Positions 62,329 through 64,000 of a stretch of 64,000 nt of DNA are shown one piece after another. A program made the translations under genes and the position numbers. The DNA is from Sporopachydermia quercuum (taxonomy: Eukaryota), in the NCBI GenBank assembly GCA_001599295.1, contig BCGN01000001.1, forward strand, positions 620,001 to 684,000, read 5' to 3'. A model generated the notes under the pieces. It was not told where the DNA came from, did not search any database, and saw only the letters and a list, made by a program, of their open reading frames with translations. How positions within the stretch are numbered: the stretch's first letter is position 1; each line of letters starts with the position of its first letter.

Positions 62329-64000
62329 ATGAGCCTTGTACCTACAAGAAGATTCTCCGAAGATGACGGAATCTCATCAAATAACACACCTTCAAAAATT
62401 CACGGCAGAGCTTACGATGCTGATTACATTTACGTACCTGTCATGGAATCGTCCTCAGTGAACTTCTCCAAAGTACTGAACTTTACGGNAGCTAAATCCA
62501 ATGACCTGGTTGTTGCTAAAACAGACAAAATTGAAGTGTTCAACCTTACGAAGTCTTCTTCAAAACAGGAACCAACATTAATTTTGAAATCCTCTCTCAA
62601 CCTCTTCCAGAAAATTATGGGCATGGTACAAATCACTCCTAGCAAGTGGAAGTTTGGATGGACCAACTCAACTATATTCAGCCCAGATCATCATACCGCA
62701 CCATTAGATATGGTTGGCGTTTTGCTTGAAGATGGAACCTTTGGAATTGTCTATTACGAAAAAATTACCCAACGTTGTGAGATTGCTCTTGATTTCCGAA
62801 CGAAAAGAACTAGACTTAGTGTTATTGCTCCTCTTTTATGCGGAGACTCCACAGGAAGAAGTATTGCCATTAACGACTCTGCCAATGATATTACTATTCT
62901 GTTTATTGATCTATCCAACCTTGAAAAAGCTTACATTCATACATCAACTCATCAAACAGGTACGCTTGAGGCATCAAATATATACGACTTTGCTAAACCT
63001 GCTTCTATTCCTGATATGGGTATTATATCTATGACCTTCATTCCTCCTGATTCCAAGCATTCACTTGAAACCTCTCTAGCTTTACAAGTGGCAGACGAGC
63101 CTCATAAATCAATGAGAGACAAAGTAAACAACACGTTTATTCTAGCATGCTTAGCCAGAGACGTTTTCAAGGGCAGAATAGTTCATTTTTTCCGGTTCAG
63201 AAAACTGAAACCCAACCAACAAGTTGCAGGACCAAAAATCGTATCTGAGCTTGAATTCATCAACAAAATGCCCATTAGAGATGATAAATGCAATTTTATT
63301 GTCCCTGCTCCCAAGCTTTGTGGTGGTGTTTTTACTGTCGGTAGCAGATTCTGTGATTGGGTTCCTTTGACTTATGAGACTTTTCAGCACTACGTACCAG
63401 GTCGAATGTCGATAAAACTAGATAAGCCAACAGATAGATTCATCAGAGTGATCACATCGGTTGATCTGAAGACCAATTTGAAAGGCTATCCGGACGAATG
63501 TGTAAAGTTGTACGTTGGATGCGAAACTGGAGATATTTTCTCTCTCTATATAAAGGTTGTATCCCCTACGAAAATGCTATCTTCAAAGGTGGATTTAGGA
63601 AAAGTGACAGTTCCAACATGTATCTCGGAAATAACGCCGCAATTTCTGTTTGCTGGATCTCACTTATACGATTCTTGTGTGTGTGAAAAAATTGGGGATA
63701 AAGAATCTGGCTATAAGTTGAAGCACTTGATTTCGTTAGCTGGACTACCAGTGATTATTGATTTGGCAGTAGACTTTGAGAAGACAACCAATTCGTTGAC
63801 ATGTTATGCTGCTACTGGTGGGTTTTTCTCCTCTTCAGTTCGAAGGCTTCAATTCGGGTTGAAAACCGATGAAATAGAGGCATCTCCCATTGGACTATCG
63901 CTCGCCAATATAGGATCAATGATCCCTTTGAAAGATGATACTGTCATTCTGATAGATACAGTACTTGATGAAGAAACAAAGGTCATCACCTGGAGACAAG
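62329..64000 (+). CDS. DDB1/Mms1/Rik1-family beta-propeller protein (3'-partial; not in the ORF track)
   Basis: Frame open from ATG 62329 to window end (~557 codons): NFT.AKSNDLVVAKTDKIEVF, FIVPAPKLCGGVFTVG, LGKVTVPTCISEITPQFLFAGS..DS, PVIIDLAVD, TGGFFSSSVRRLQFG, in the order expected for the DDB1/MMS1_N domain. Confidence 0.75.
   Translation, partial: MSLVPTRRFSEDDGISSNNTPSKIHGRAYDADYIYVPVMESSSVNFSKVLNFTXAKSNDLVVAKTDKIEVFNLTKSSSKQEPTLILKSSLNLFQKIMGMVQITPSKWKFGWTNSTIFSPDHHTAPLDMVGVLLEDGTFGIVYYEKITQRCEIALDFRTKRTRLSVIAPLLCGDSTGRSIAINDSANDITILFIDLSNLEKAYIHTSTHQTGTLEASNIYDFAKPASIPDMGIISMTFIPPDSKHSLETSLALQVADEPHKSMRDKVNNTFILACLARDVFKGRIVHFFRFRKLKPNQQVAGPKIVSELEFINKMPIRDDKCNFIVPAPKLCGGVFTVGSRFCDWVPLTYETFQHYVPGRMSIKLDKPTDRFIRVITSVDLKTNLKGYPDECVKLYVGCETGDIFSLYIKVVSPTKMLSSKVDLGKVTVPTCISEITPQFLFAGSHLYDSCVCEKIGDKESGYKLKHLISLAGLPVIIDLAVDFEKTTNSLTCYAATGGFFSSSVRRLQFGLKTDEIEASPIGLSLANIGSMIPLKDDTVILIDTVLDEETKVITWRQ

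Noticed and set aside
1..64000. tRNA, rRNA, LTR or transposon, and CRISPR features
   Set aside because: No cloverleaf with A/B boxes, rRNA sequence, terminal repeats, RT/integrase/transposase motifs or spaced direct repeats were seen.

Overview
AT-rich nuclear DNA from an intron-containing ascomycete yeast (Saccharomycotina-like; standard code, since CTG falls at a conserved Leu in the Cyc8-like protein). I can support 21 protein-coding genes, nine of them spliced, with junctions rebuilt from GT[AC]NGT donors, TACTAAC-type branch points and frame arithmetic. In order: MFS transporter (5'-partial), NHP10, GLN4, a divergent RED1-like meiotic axis gene, RPS28, SWT1, NEJ1/XLF, ARG8, a secreted FAS1 protein, a MATE transporter, POM152, an old yellow enzyme, WHI2, NPL6/RSC7, CNS1, SLI15/INCENP, PEX1, ERS1/cystinosin, a divergent CYC8/SSN6-like protein, a peroxisomal 4CL-like ligase, and a DDB1-like beta-propeller gene that runs off the 3' end and is absent from the ORF track. 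No tRNA, rRNA, snoRNA or intact mobile element was recognised. Most notable: (1) the RED1-like gene has two introns with the weakest splice signals in the window, suggesting meiosis-restricted splicing; (2) the FAS1 protein starts with three Lys-Arg-terminated repeat peptides, like a Kex2-processed peptide precursor; (3) GLN4-RED1-RPS28-SWT1-NEJ1 and CNS1-SLI15 match S. cerevisiae gene order; (4) a ~4 kb gene-free tract with a recurrent TTAAGGTG motif.
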